Shown: positions 17,960 to 29,029 of the stretch, piece after piece
How positions within the stretch are numbered: position 1 is the first letter of the stretch
Layout: each line of letters starts with the position of its first letter
IMG/VR virus record: IMGVR_UViG_3300029705_000096
Reading direction: 5' to 3' (one strand)
DNA from: an uncultured virus (IMG/VR IMGVR_UViG_3300029705_000096)
Taxonomy: Duplodnaviria > Heunggongvirae > Uroviricota > Caudoviricetes
Length of the DNA: 64,000 nucleotides
Position numbers and translations under genes: made by a program
The notes under the pieces: generated by a model
Databases searched by the model: none
The model's input: only the letters and a program-made list of their open reading frames with translations
Told to the model about the DNA's origin: nothing

Positions 17960-20900
17960 ATGATCTACTTAACCGATCGTCACGAGATCGCAAAGGCGAT
18001 CAATTTCGGGAAACATCCAGTCCTGTATCTGAACAGAGAAAACCACAAGGGTTTTACCAACACAGACTATGCCGTTGGCTGCAGAGTCAGAGTTGCCTGG
18101 GATCACAAAGACCCTCGATACGCCGGAATGACCACCCACGGCAACCTGTACATCGAAAACGGAAGACTCGCCATCTCTTCGGAGGGAGGCTGCCTCCACG
18201 CGGACTTCGGATATCGCGATGTGATCGAGATGCAGGAAGAAGCCCGAGCCGTCGTCGTACATAAGAGCCAGACAGTTGTCGTTGTGGAAGACTGGCCCAG
18301 CAAAAAGGTTTGCACCGTGCGGATGATGAAAGTCTCTGATTGGATTGATCCTCACTGCATGACAGTTGCCAGACTCGAAGACTTGGAGGAATTCATCAAT
18401 GAATGAGCAGGTTTATTTCGCAGGAGGTTATTATGCAATCTTCGGCAAAACGGACGAGGTGGAATTCGACATTGTAAGAGGCGGAAGCAGCGACCTTCCG
18501 TATCTTACAAAGAATGCGAAAGGTCTTCGCTCCACTTCCCATCATGCAAATCTGTACCAATTGTCCGAGGATGGAATGACAGCGACAGTTGTAGATATTC
18601 GCTGTCCTTCAGTTGGATCTGGTAAACACACTATCGTTCTCTCTCTTGACCACCAGCAGATCATCAAAGAAGCGATCGCAAGAGAAAACTTTTTCGATTA
18701 AGGAGGATATTCAAATGAACAAGAAGCAAGTCAATAGCAATGCATGTGGAGGCGAACCGGTCATCGGGTTTATCATGCCTCCTGATTATAGCTCTGATTA
18801 TTATCGACTCGCAGAGTTTCCAGTGGTGCTAGATCCCAGCTTCCCTGATATGGTGTTCACAAATGCAATCCAGCCTGTCCCCAGAGAAATTCTCCGGCGC
18901 AACACTTACTTTATGGAAGGGGACGAGGGCGATTTTGTCTTAGTTCAAGAGCCATTCATTCTCAATGAAGAAACAAGACGCAGGGCTGAACACTGGGTAC
19001 AAAATGCAAATACCCAGCCTGAAGAAATCGTCACAGCTAGGCAATATCAAATGAATGCAGAGAAGGTCAGCGAAGCCGTTGACGATCGAATTCAACTCTA
19101 CAGGAAATACGGGAAAGCACACAACGTCCAACGTCATCACCTGATCGTCTGTGGTTCTGCTGACCAGACGCATGCGGACGTTGAATTTCGCGATGGTTTT
19201 TATTTCTGCAGAAACTGCGGATCGAAGCTCTGCGAAAAGAAGGAAGAGATCGGGTTTTACTGCAAGTATTGTGGCGGACACATCACAAATCTGAACGAAC
19301 TGGGAGGTAAGTAATATGAAGTACCATTTCTTGTTTTGCCTGTGCGGCAGAATTCATATCGTTCCCGACAAGCTTCTTTCTTGGGCCATGGACGGCCGTG
19401 ATGAAAGAAGCATTATCCAAACCTGCACAAACTGCGGTAGAACAAGCAGGTTGTTTTTCCAGAGCCATGATAGCGGTGTCTCTTTAACCTTGGAAGATAT
19501 TTTTGATGAATTTAGCGGGACCTTTCGTTTCCAAGCTCACTCCGGCATTCCTGTTCCTATGATGACAGGAAAGGAAGCAGATACATATTACAACGGGTTC
19601 TTCCTAAACGATACAGACTGGGAGGAGCATGAAACCGAGAGCATGCTGAAGGCTTTTCAAGCCAGAGAAGACTGGATCACTGTTGATACAGAAAAGCTCG
19701 CAAAAATGCTGGAGCAGCAGTTCGAAGATGCGAGGTGCATTTTGGAAATCTTGGGTTCCTACAACAATAACATTGTTTTCAAAAATTCCTCCAATTAAGA
19801 GAAGAAGCTCAGCTTGAGCGACATATCAAAAAGGAGTGAACATTATGAACGAATTCAGAGACTTTGTAGGAAATCCTATCAACATTGGAGACACAATCGT
19901 CTATGCACAAGGACGAAGCAGCGGCATCGAAATGTTTACCACCGAAGTTCTTGGATTTACACCCAAGTGGCTTAGAGTCAAGAAGTTGCCTAACTCTTGC
20001 TCGGCGAAGCCTTACTCAGTAGTTAGCCCTAACCACTGCGTCGTTATCCAGCCTGCCAGTCGAGAAGACAGAAAATCAAAACTGCGAGACAACCTTCTTG
20101 TCACAGCAGGCATTAGGGCAGGAAGCATGGACACGCAAGCATGCATCTCTCTCCCCAGTGATGTTGAAGGCGAAGCAGGCACAGCCGATCTCATTGCAGG
20201 AGCGGTAAATAACTTCCTTGAATGCTATCCTGAAAAACAGTGCTTCGATCTTTACATCGAGGCAATGCTTCAGGAAGAATTCCCCGCAGGCAAACGTGCA
20301 GAGCTTTGCACAGAAAAACTGCTTGTTCTTTCCACGGCGCACATCAAACCCGAGACAGCTGAAAAGCTTTCGAAGCACGAACTTGATTCTGATCTTGCGA
20401 TCTACCCGAATGAGTATGGCGCATTCATTCATATTCCGGACGAAAATCTGGATGCTTACGATGGGATTCCATATGACCTAAAAAAATGCGCGGTTTATGC
20501 TCAGGATGCTGGGTGCTCGTGGATAAAATTCGACAGGGATGGATATACCGCACCGTTCTTGCCGACTCATTTGGGCAAATGGAGGAGAATCAATGAATAA
20601 ACACCAGAGAGAAACCGACATGATCGTTATTCAATTGCCTCGATCTGACTGGGAAGACATCATCGATGCTGTATCGTATGCAGCAGAAGACAGGCAGTAC
20701 CAATGTGAGTGCACCACAGATCCTGAGGATAAAGAAACAATTGAAGCGTGTGCCGAAAGATGGTCCGATCTGGCTTCGTTTTTGGCCGAACTTATCTGAA
20801 GATAAATTGAAGGAGTGTCTGATATGAAAATTGGCGACAAAGAAGAAATGAAACAGTTTTTGTACAAGCTAATGGAATACAGAATTATATATTGGCTCAT

Positions 20901-22477
20901 GCCGAAATATACAAAGTTTATTTACTGCTTCAATATCATGTTGAACAACAAATCAGGCTGTCTGCATCTGGGTAACGGATATTGGCTGAACTTCAAAACC
21001 ATGACCATTGAAGGGGAAAACACACCCTACGATAGCTGGAATGATTGCTATGTAGCATTCAAGAATGGAAAGTATTTTTCTGGAACTGACGAATCCGGGA
21101 ATTTTACTCATACAAAAAACGAAGAAGAAGCTGCTAGATTTCATTGCTTCCCTGACGCAATGAGGCTTTTTGAGCAGGGCTATGCGATCATCAAAATTAC
21201 AACCTGAAAGGCTTTATATGAACAGAGGAAAGAAATTAAAGCAAAGGCGGAAGTTTATCATTAAGCATGGGAGGATTGATAGGGAATACAAAAGAAAGGC
21301 AGATAAAAACTATCCGCCTTATAGAAAAGGAAGCTATTTTGCATCCTTTGTTTCCGACGAGTTGGGGCTCTCTGTGTGTGTTGGGCACATCGACAAATAC
21401 CGCGTATATAAGGAAATTGTAAACCTAATCAGAACTACTCCAAAATATATTTCTGGGGACAGTGAAAGTGGAACGTGAATTCACGCCTTTAACGTGATTA
21501 GAATACAACGCAGCAAAATGTAAACTGCTCATAGGAGGAAAATATGGACCACATCATTTATACACACGACTTGGCGGCTAAGATTGTTGAGTTATTTGAA
21601 GATTTACTTGATGAAAACGGCGTTAAAATCCCCAGCCCGGAAGATTCTGAGCGAGAAGATTGCAACGGGGCTTCCGTTTATGGAAGCGTATATTGCGACC
21701 TTCTGGATGAAGTTGAACATCTTCTGGTCGATGCGTTGTGCAGGGCAAAGAGCGGCGCGTCGGTTATCCCGTATAGATTTTCCGGCAACGCATAAAACCA
21801 TCAACGAGAGGAGAATGCTTTATGGATAACAGAACATCCTTGTACTTTCCGTCGGCCATTGTTCAAGCAAAGAGTGGTGGGCGTGTTTACTTATGGTCCT
21901 CGTCTATCGGTGAATTATCAATCAACGAAGCTATGACTATATTGGATTATATTAAGATGCAATATAAAGTTTATTCGGAGTGGATTGACGAATTCTGCGG
22001 AGGGAATAAAAAGAAAACAGTACACCACAAATGCTTTGTCAATTGCTTCGGCGATATCATGTAGACGGAAGAAAGGAAAAAAGTATGAATACACATAAAC
22101 TGATGGCAACCGATCTAGGAAAAGCATACTACATCACTTGGCCTCAATTCGATCGCATGATTGACGATTGGGCAAAGAGTGCTGTAGCGAAGCATGTTGA
22201 TGGAGAAGGAATCAGAGAGGATCGGGATATCTACATTCATATCAAGGAGCTGACAGAAGAGGATAAAGCTACCGTATTTTCTCTTTGTTTGAAATACGCC
22301 GGCTATATTGACGACGAACCCGAAGATGTGCGGACTGAATTAGTTCTTCCGATTGAAGCAACTCTTTCTATTGTCCGTGAATGCATCGGAAAGGAAATCG
22401 GTGCAACCACAAATTATCTGATAGCAGACGAGTACGGTGTATTTCTGTTTGAAAACCGCCTTGCTGAAGGGAGATGA
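17960..22477 (+). other. Run of accessory hypothetical genes (17960-18406, 18399-18701, 18715-19314, 19316-19798, 19845-20600, 20593-20799, 20815-21207, 21218-21478, 21544-21795, 21822-22064, 22085-22477)
   Basis: Tightly packed co-oriented ORFs with RBSs. Several carry CxxC motifs, and 19845-20600 ends in an LSTAHI…FDRDG domain (DUF5983-like). Confidence 0.65.
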
Positions 22478-22481
22478 CCAT

Positions 22482-23072
22482 ATGTACAAAGATGTTTGTG
22501 GAATCCTGCAAGACGGAAAATGCGGTGACTTCAAAATTGACCATTTCGAAGTCACAAAAGGCAACTTTCGTTATGCATTGCAAGGGATCTCTCCCGGACG
22601 GTACGTTCGGCTTACCAAGAATGGTGAAGTAGTTATGAGTGACACTGATATGGAAAAGCGCACAAACGCAGAGTTTATCATAAGGGCTCATGGAGATGTT
22701 ATTGTTGGAGGGCTGGGAATCGGCTTGATTTTGCTTGCTATTCAAGATAAAGAGGATGTGACTTCCATCACCGTTATAGAAAAGAACATGGAAGTAATTT
22801 CTTTGGTTATGCCGTATTTAGGTCCTCATCTCAACAAAAAAGTAAAAGTCGAATATGGAGACGTCTTCACTTGGCGACCTCCTAAAGGTCGAAGATACGA
22901 CTGCATCTACATGGACATCTGGCCGTTTATCAATCGAGATGTTTATGAGGAAGAGATGGTTCCTCTGAAACGAAGATACGGGCATTACCTGAAACCTCTT
23001 TCCCAAAGCCCGAACCGGTTCAACATGGCATGGGCAGAGTATAACGCTAAGAACGAGATCAGACTTGTATAA
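22482..23072 (+). CDS. SAM-dependent methyltransferase-fold protein (spermidine-synthase-like)
   Basis: GDVIVGGLGIG motif I, VIEK, YDCIYMDIW. Confidence 0.8.
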   Translation: MYKDVCGILQDGKCGDFKIDHFEVTKGNFRYALQGISPGRYVRLTKNGEVVMSDTDMEKRTNAEFIIRAHGDVIVGGLGIGLILLAIQDKEDVTSITVIEKNMEVISLVMPYLGPHLNKKVKVEYGDVFTWRPPKGRRYDCIYMDIWPFINRDVYEEEMVPLKRRYGHYLKPLSQSPNRFNMAWAEYNAKNEIRLV

Positions 23073-23108
23073 TCCAATGACAACTCAATATAAAATAAGT
23101 ATAATATA

Positions 23109-23137
23109 TTGACTTTTTCACATACTTATTATACGAT
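23109..23137 (+). promoter_or_regulatory. Promoter of the toxin-antitoxin operon
   Basis: TTGACT-N17-TACGAT. Confidence 0.7.
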
Positions 23138-23159
23138 AAGTATGAAAGGAGCGATATTC

Positions 23160-23441
23160 ATGGCAAAAGTAGCAACAAGCATTTCTTTAGATACGGAGAT
23201 CAAGGATCAGGCCGTTTCCTTATTGAGAGAACTTGGACTTGATCTCTCGACCGCAGTGGGCATGTTTCTCAGGCAGACAATTCGTGAACAGCGCATCCCC
23301 TTCGATGTTTCTCTGAATACTCCCAACGCCATCACAGCAGCTGCACTGAATGAGACTGATGCTATGCTGAACAACCCCGAAGCATATAAGAGGTACAGAT
23401 CATTTGCGGAACTTCTCAAGGAGGTAGAAGCGGATGCTTGA
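23160..23441 (+). CDS. dinJ: RelB/DinJ-family antitoxin
   Basis: LGLDLSTAVGMFLRQTIREQRIPF…PNAIT. Confidence 0.92.
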   Translation: MAKVATSISLDTEIKDQAVSLLRELGLDLSTAVGMFLRQTIREQRIPFDVSLNTPNAITAAALNETDAMLNNPEAYKRYRSFAELLKEVEADA

Positions 23442-23706
23442 AATTGTCGCTTCTAACCAGTTCAAGAAAGACTTGAAGCAGGCGGTTAAGCGTGGGCATA
23501 AGATGCACCTCCTCGAAGAAGTGGTTGACAAACTCGCCTCAGGAGAAGTTCTAGGTGATAAGTACCGAGATCATCGTTTGATCGGCAATTATGCAGGATT
23601 TCGAGAGTGCCACATTGAACCGGATTGGCTGCTAATCTACCAGATCCGGGAGCACGAGCTTATTCTTCTTCTGTTCCGCACTGGAACCCACAGCGACTTG
23701 TTCTGA
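23434..23706 (+). CDS. yafQ: YafQ-family mRNA interferase toxin
   Basis: FKKDLK…DHRLIG…RECHIEPDWLLIY…RTGTHSDLF. Confidence 0.95.
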   Translation: MLEIVASNQFKKDLKQAVKRGHKMHLLEEVVDKLASGEVLGDKYRDHRLIGNYAGFRECHIEPDWLLIYQIREHELILLLFRTGTHSDLF

Positions 23707-23711
23707 AATGC

Positions 23712-23736
23712 AAAGCCCTCTTCGGAGGGCTTTTTC
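23712..23736 (+). terminator. Rho-independent terminator
   Basis: AAAGCCCTC-ttcg-GAGGGCTTT plus T-tract. Confidence 0.92.
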
Positions 23737-23839
23737 ATTTTTCCGGATACAGCGATTTATACCGGGCGATCCATACAAACCTATATTGCTGAAAGAAATA
23801 ACAGCTCCATTCTGATTTCAGACGGAAAATATCCCTGAA

Positions 23840-23886
23840 ATGTCAGCAAATGTCATCGGATGTCAGCAAATGTCATTGATAGTCAC
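23840..23886 (+). promoter_or_regulatory. Direct repeats with 10-bp period upstream of the late operon
   Basis: ATGTCA at 23840, 23850, 23860 and 23870; AGTCA at 23881. Confidence 0.7.
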
Positions 23887-23996
23887 CGTTTCCATAGTGT
23901 ATTTTGTACAACAGAAAATAGGATGAACCGCAGGGGGCGGGGATTCCAGTGAAGCGTCGCTTGTGAGCGGCGTTTTTCTGTTTTGGAGGGTTACGA

Positions 23997-24626
23997 ATGG
24001 AGAAAAGAATTGAGCTTTGCAGGGTTAAGGCCGGCGACATCAAAACTGGCTTTGGAAATCCCAGAAAGATCAACAAAAAGAAGCTCGAAGAGCTTGAACG
24101 CAGCATGCTCGAAAACGGTGATTTCGGCATCTATCTGCTGGACGAGAAGAACAATATTATCGGCGGCAACCAGCGGCTCAAGGTTGTGCTGAAGAATTTC
24201 GGTCCAGACCACGAACTTGACTGCAAGCGATTGATCGGTTATACCGAGGCAGAGCTGAGAGCAATCAATATCAAAGACAACACACACGCTGGCGAATGGG
24301 ATCTGGAAGCCCTCGCGGATTGGACAGCAGACCTTACTGTTGATCTTGGGATTAAAGCAAAAGATGATTCCACCGAGGAACGTTCCATCAAAGAAATGGA
24401 ACTCATCCACTACGAGAAATACGACTATGTTATGATCGTCTGCCGGAGCGAGTTGGACTATAACGATCTAGTACGGCGGCTTGGTATCGAAGGTGCAGAG
24501 GTCAGCATAGCAAAAAGAAAGATCAAAGCAAGAGCCATCTGGTACGATCAAATGAATGCAATGATCGTTCCCATTGAACCGGATGCTGCTCCAAGCTCAG
24601 TAGAGGAAGGAACTGATGAGGAGTGA
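23997..24626 (+). CDS. ParB/Srx-like N-terminal domain protein
   Basis: NPRKI…LERSM…IIGGNQRL…NIKDN…GEWD. Confidence 0.85.
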   Translation: MEKRIELCRVKAGDIKTGFGNPRKINKKKLEELERSMLENGDFGIYLLDEKNNIIGGNQRLKVVLKNFGPDHELDCKRLIGYTEAELRAINIKDNTHAGEWDLEALADWTADLTVDLGIKAKDDSTEERSIKEMELIHYEKYDYVMIVCRSELDYNDLVRRLGIEGAEVSIAKRKIKARAIWYDQMNAMIVPIEPDAAPSSVEEGTDEE

Positions 24627-25255
24627 AGAAACTCGTCATAATTGGGGCAGGAGGTCACGCAAAGTCAGTCCTTGACTCTGTCGACCCTGAGTTCTTTGAA
24701 ATTTACGGCTTTGTCGATGAAGTTAAGGTCGGGAATTATATGGGCAAACCGATATTCGGACATGATGTTACCAATGTTCCTGACTTCGCACAATGCGTGT
24801 ATCTTATTGCGATAGGAGATGTTCAAGTACGGAAGCGTTGGTATGAAACGCTAACTGGGTTGAACTTAGAACTTGTCAACATCATTGACAGATCCGCTCT
24901 TGTCTCCCCTTCAGTAAAAATGGGATGCGGAAACTTCATCGGTAAGCTTGCTGTCGTGAACGCAGGCTCCGTTCTTGGAGATAACAACCTCATAAACACA
25001 ATGGCACTTATCGAACACGAGAGCCGAATTTTCAATCACACAAATCTATCCACGAAATGCACCGTCAATGGAGATGTAGTCGTAGAAGACTGCGTATTTC
25101 TTGGTAGTGGTGCAACGTGCAATGGTCAATTGACCCTTGGAGAAAACTGCATTGTTGGTTCAGGCAGTGTTGTTATACGAGATGTCGAAGCCGGGACAAC
25201 TGTGGTCGGGACACCGGCAAGGGTTGTAAAGCCGGCAAAAGGAGGCACTGAATGA
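24623..25255 (+). CDS. PglD/NeuD-type hexapeptide-repeat sugar acetyltransferase
   Basis: IIGAGGHAK…AIGD…hexapeptide repeats…VVGTPAR. Confidence 0.92.
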   Translation: MKKLVIIGAGGHAKSVLDSVDPEFFEIYGFVDEVKVGNYMGKPIFGHDVTNVPDFAQCVYLIAIGDVQVRKRWYETLTGLNLELVNIIDRSALVSPSVKMGCGNFIGKLAVVNAGSVLGDNNLINTMALIEHESRIFNHTNLSTKCTVNGDVVVEDCVFLGSGATCNGQLTLGENCIVGSGSVVIRDVEAGTTVVGTPARVVKPAKGGTE

Positions 25256-25914
25256 GAGTTCTTGTAATCGCTCCACATCCAGACGATGAAGTTCTTGGTG
25301 TCGGTGGAACAATGATAAAAAGAGTTCTTCAGGGGCACGAAGTCCATGTGTGTGTTGTCACTCGTGGATATCCTCCGATGTTTGACCAGAAATACATCTC
25401 TCAAGGAGTCAGAGAGTGCCGGCTGGCAAATGCGCTGCTTGGAACGAGCGGAATATATTTCCTGAGAAAACCTGCTTCCTCCATGGATACCATTTCCCTT
25501 GTAAGCGTAATCGAGCCACTTAGAAACATCATCCTTGAACTGAAGCCCGATGAAGTTTATATTCCGCATCGAGGTGATGTGCACAATGACCACAAAGCAG
25601 TCGTTGATGCAGCCATGGTTGCTCTGAGACCAAAGCATAGCCACAAAGTTTGCAGGATTTATTCTTATGAGTGCCCCTCTGAAACAGGTTGGGATATTCC
25701 TGCAGAATACAACGCTTTTATTCCAAATGTTTTCGAAGACATCTCAGACACTTTGGATTTGAAAATACAAGCCATGGAAAAGTATAAATCACAGATTGAG
25801 AAATATCCTGGCGCAAGGAGTCCCGAAGCAATAAGGGCACTTGCCGTTCACAGAGGAACGACGGTTTATACTGCAGCGGCAGAAGCGTTCAGTCTAGTCA
25901 GAGAAATTAAGTGA
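25252..25914 (+). CDS. PIG-L/LmbE-family deacetylase
   Basis: APHPDDE…DVHNDH…YKSQ…EAF. Confidence 0.93.
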   Translation: MRVLVIAPHPDDEVLGVGGTMIKRVLQGHEVHVCVVTRGYPPMFDQKYISQGVRECRLANALLGTSGIYFLRKPASSMDTISLVSVIEPLRNIILELKPDEVYIPHRGDVHNDHKAVVDAAMVALRPKHSHKVCRIYSYECPSETGWDIPAEYNAFIPNVFEDISDTLDLKIQAMEKYKSQIEKYPGARSPEAIRALAVHRGTTVYTAAAEAFSLVREIK

Positions 25915-25921
25915 GGAACAT

Positions 25922-26614
25922 ATGGTTTTATCTTCTCACCAACCGAACTTCGTTCCCTACATGGGTTTTTTCTATAAACTCATGCAAAGCGACATTGTCG
26001 TTATGTCAGAGGACGTGCAGTTCTCAAAAAAAGGAATGCACAACTGGAACCGCATCTACACGCAGAATGGAGTTAGGAAGCTAACCGTTCCGGTTCATGC
26101 TCACCATGATATGCCTCTTTCAGAGATATTTGTAGTCGATCACAAATACTCCATTCCCAAGATTGCCAAATCTTTGGAGCAGGAGTATAGAAAGGCTCCC
26201 TGCTTTGATGAAGGCATGGAACTTGTTGCATGGATGGCTAGTCATGTTTATCGAAGCAATCTCAAGATGGTTGACCTCAACGTGAATTTGATTTCCTTCG
26301 TAATGGACAAGTTCGATATCCGCACAAAGATCCTTCGATCCACAACTGATTTGAAAGTGTCCGGGCATAAGGATGAGCGGATATTCCAGATGTGTGAGCA
26401 GACCGGTGCTGATGTCTACTACAGCGGTACCGGAGCAAAGGCTTATCATCAAGAAGAAGAGTATGAGAGGCGGGGGATATGCCTGACATACTCAGATTAC
26501 AAGCCGGTAGAATATAATCAGATCCACGGTTGTTTCGAACCGAACCTTTCTGTGATCGACTATATTTTCAACAATGGCTATACACTTCCGGAAGGATGGA
26601 GGCGTAACCAATGA
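25922..26614 (+). CDS. WbqC-like protein
   Basis: HQPNFVPYMGFFYK…DVQF…NRI…LTVPV…YYSG…LSVIDYIFN. Confidence 0.9.
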   Translation: MVLSSHQPNFVPYMGFFYKLMQSDIVVMSEDVQFSKKGMHNWNRIYTQNGVRKLTVPVHAHHDMPLSEIFVVDHKYSIPKIAKSLEQEYRKAPCFDEGMELVAWMASHVYRSNLKMVDLNVNLISFVMDKFDIRTKILRSTTDLKVSGHKDERIFQMCEQTGADVYYSGTGAKAYHQEEEYERRGICLTYSDYKPVEYNQIHGCFEPNLSVIDYIFNNGYTLPEGWRRNQ

Positions 26615-27324
26615 ACGGAAACCCACTGTTCGGGATATACGTTCCTAGCTACAAAAGGTACGAGACAACCTGTACTTTTGAGATTTTGGAATACTGCACT
26701 TATGTGGTGCGGAAATCTGAAGAAGAGAAATACAGGGCTAGGGGAATTAAAAGCATCTGGGCCGTCGAAGATCATCTGATCGACAATCTGGTAAAGGTTG
26801 TCAACTACATTGTTGATAATGCTCCAGAGCAGATCATTTGTATGATTGACGACGACGTTCCTAATATGGTGTATCGCATGGACACCAACGAGAAGTTCTC
26901 CGATCCAGAAACTGTCACTGCGGAATTCGAGAGGATCGGGCAGCTTATGCTTGATCTTGGAATCGGATACGGGGCAGTTGATGCCAGCATGGCACCTTGG
27001 AACTACAACTCGGAATTTGAGTTCAAGGGGACAAGCGGTGGTATGAGATGGTTTAATAAGGCTGCGTACAAGTCTCGCTTCCTTGAAGAGGTTTATCACA
27101 ACTGTGATTTGGACGTGGTCCTTCACGAATTGCTCGTAAATCGAATCATTCTCAAGCCCAAGTACCTTTGCACTCACGGAGGCACAGATACGAATGCCGG
27201 CGGAAACTCCAGCAAAAAAAGATCTGAGCAACGAGCATGTGCGGATATTATGAGAGCCAAATGGGGCAGATACTTCAGCTACAACTTCGACACAAACAAG
27301 CCAGCAATTAGAGTAAAAAGGTGA
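26611..27324 (+). CDS. GT-A fold glycosyltransferase (TAGT/GREB1-like)
   Basis: IYVPSYKR…MIDDD…DLD…NAGG…KWG. Confidence 0.75.
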   Translation: MNGNPLFGIYVPSYKRYETTCTFEILEYCTYVVRKSEEEKYRARGIKSIWAVEDHLIDNLVKVVNYIVDNAPEQIICMIDDDVPNMVYRMDTNEKFSDPETVTAEFERIGQLMLDLGIGYGAVDASMAPWNYNSEFEFKGTSGGMRWFNKAAYKSRFLEEVYHNCDLDVVLHELLVNRIILKPKYLCTHGGTDTNAGGNSSKKRSEQRACADIMRAKWGRYFSYNFDTNKPAIRVKR

Positions 27325-27363
27325 TGATTTTCGGAAAAATTTCTAGTTATCCGAACATTTTAC

Positions 27364-27391
27364 TTGACTTTAGGTCGGCATCTGCTACGAT
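27364..27391 (+). promoter_or_regulatory. TTGACT-N16-TACGAT promoter
   Basis: Exact motif upstream of RBS AAGGAGG. Confidence 0.75.
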
Positions 27392-27423
27392 ACGATAAAG
27401 TATTACAAGGAGGTGCTAAATGG

Positions 27424-28716
27424 TTGGCTAGATACAACCCGACAACAAGAAGCGGCTTCAATATGTTCGATATGGCAAGCATGCTTCAGAAAGCAGTAAG
27501 AAGAGGCGACACCGAAAGAGCCGGCTTGGCAGCTTATGAGCTGTATGGAAGCTATCAGTCTATGATGTGGAAAAGAATTCTTACCATTTCCGCAGAAGAC
27601 TGCTGGGGTGTCCTCACGAAGGAACTCGTTCATCTCCGCAAGATGGACGAAATGCTGAACGCTGGTAAGACTGGATATCATAAGGACCCCAAATATGTTT
27701 CCATGGCAATTGCGTTGTTGTGCAAGGCGAAGAAAAGCAGAGATGCTTGTTATTTCGCCTGTAACTTCATTCTTGCAGAAAACCCCAGACACGAAATCGA
27801 GTGTAGTGCAGAGGAGGTAGAGAGAGTCCGAAGCACAGTTGACGTTATCCCGGGAGAGGCGTTCTCTCTCGATGTTATGCGATCCCCTCGATTGATCGAA
27901 GAACTTTTCTCTCCTCTTGTCGAGGAGCAAGCAGGCTTATTCGCAACAGCAAGACCTGCTGCAAACAGGAAGAAGTTTGCTGAGACAACCCCCGATGGAT
28001 CTGACCCTTATCTCGTTGCATCTGTTCTCGTGAAGGCTGTTTCCTATCGAGATATGGAAAACATCGGATACGCCTCTGGTCAGCTGAGATCGTTCCATAG
28101 GGATATTCTTTGGAGAACCCTACTCGCAACAAATATTCTTTTCTGTTCCGGTCGCCTTACAAGCGAGATCGTAGGTCTGAAGTTGACGGATGATATGGTC
28201 AACGGCAGAAAGAAGCCTGAAGAGCGAGATGAAATCTTTATTGCAAAGGCTCTGATGAACATCTGCTATGATCTGAGCGATGACTTTGGTTCCGTAGAGG
28301 CATATCAGGCAGTGCATCTCTATGAGTTAATCGAATGGAGCAAGTACAAGATCGGCAGTGTCGCTGACTGCAAGCTTCCTGATGGCATCATTCCCGAATG
28401 GGTGTATGATGTCCACACGATTAGAGGAAAAAAAGCTGGAAAGACTGATTGGGGCATGAACTTGGTGGAACAGGAAGCCCTAAATCCTCTGCAGATTGCA
28501 TTTTTCGATGAAGGAAGTTGGGCACCTCGATACGACTACAAGCATGAACACAACATGTGTTCCCAGCTTGAGTATGACCTAAGTCTGGAATACAGAAAAG
28601 ATCATGATGCAAACCCCACACCTCAGTTCATCGAAGAGAGAAGAGTAGAGGACAACAGCCACGGGAATTTCAAAGAGACTTTTGCGTTCCTGTCGTCTAG
28701 ATACTTGGGGGTTTAA
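27424..28716 (+). CDS. Protein with MgsA/RarA C-terminal-like helical domain(s) and no ATPase domain
   Basis: SMLQKAVRRGD…WKRILTISAEDC; a second degenerate copy at VLVKAVSYRD; IPEWVYDVHT. Confidence 0.6.
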   Translation: MARYNPTTRSGFNMFDMASMLQKAVRRGDTERAGLAAYELYGSYQSMMWKRILTISAEDCWGVLTKELVHLRKMDEMLNAGKTGYHKDPKYVSMAIALLCKAKKSRDACYFACNFILAENPRHEIECSAEEVERVRSTVDVIPGEAFSLDVMRSPRLIEELFSPLVEEQAGLFATARPAANRKKFAETTPDGSDPYLVASVLVKAVSYRDMENIGYASGQLRSFHRDILWRTLLATNILFCSGRLTSEIVGLKLTDDMVNGRKKPEERDEIFIAKALMNICYDLSDDFGSVEAYQAVHLYELIEWSKYKIGSVADCKLPDGIIPEWVYDVHTIRGKKAGKTDWGMNLVEQEALNPLQIAFFDEGSWAPRYDYKHEHNMCSQLEYDLSLEYRKDHDANPTPQFIEERRVEDNSHGNFKETFAFLSSRYLGV

Positions 28717-28718
28717 CC

Positions 28719-28949
28719 ATGGAAAGCAAAAGCGACACCGTGAGAAGGCTGGTTGCATCCGGTCAGTATAAAGCTGCTCTTAGGATTGCCAAAGACTTTC
28801 GCCTGGGCATCACAAAAGAACAGGCCGGCAATTTGAAACGCGGCTATGAATGTCTGGTTCATCCTGCTTTCTATCAATCAATTGGCGTAGATGTAGACCA
28901 CGCTGTCTCAACCGGCGTGGCTACCCTGAAACTCCTTTACGGAACATAA
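28719..28949 (+). CDS. Hypothetical protein
   Basis: 76 aa ORF followed by a terminator-like hairpin at 28975-29010. Confidence 0.6.
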   Translation: MESKSDTVRRLVASGQYKAALRIAKDFRLGITKEQAGNLKRGYECLVHPAFYQSIGVDVDHAVSTGVATLKLLYGT

Positions 28950-29029
28950 ATTATCATTCAGAAATATATGACTAGAACAGCTTCCACATCCCTTGGTGTG
29001 GGAGCTGTTTCATTGAAAACGGTGATGAA

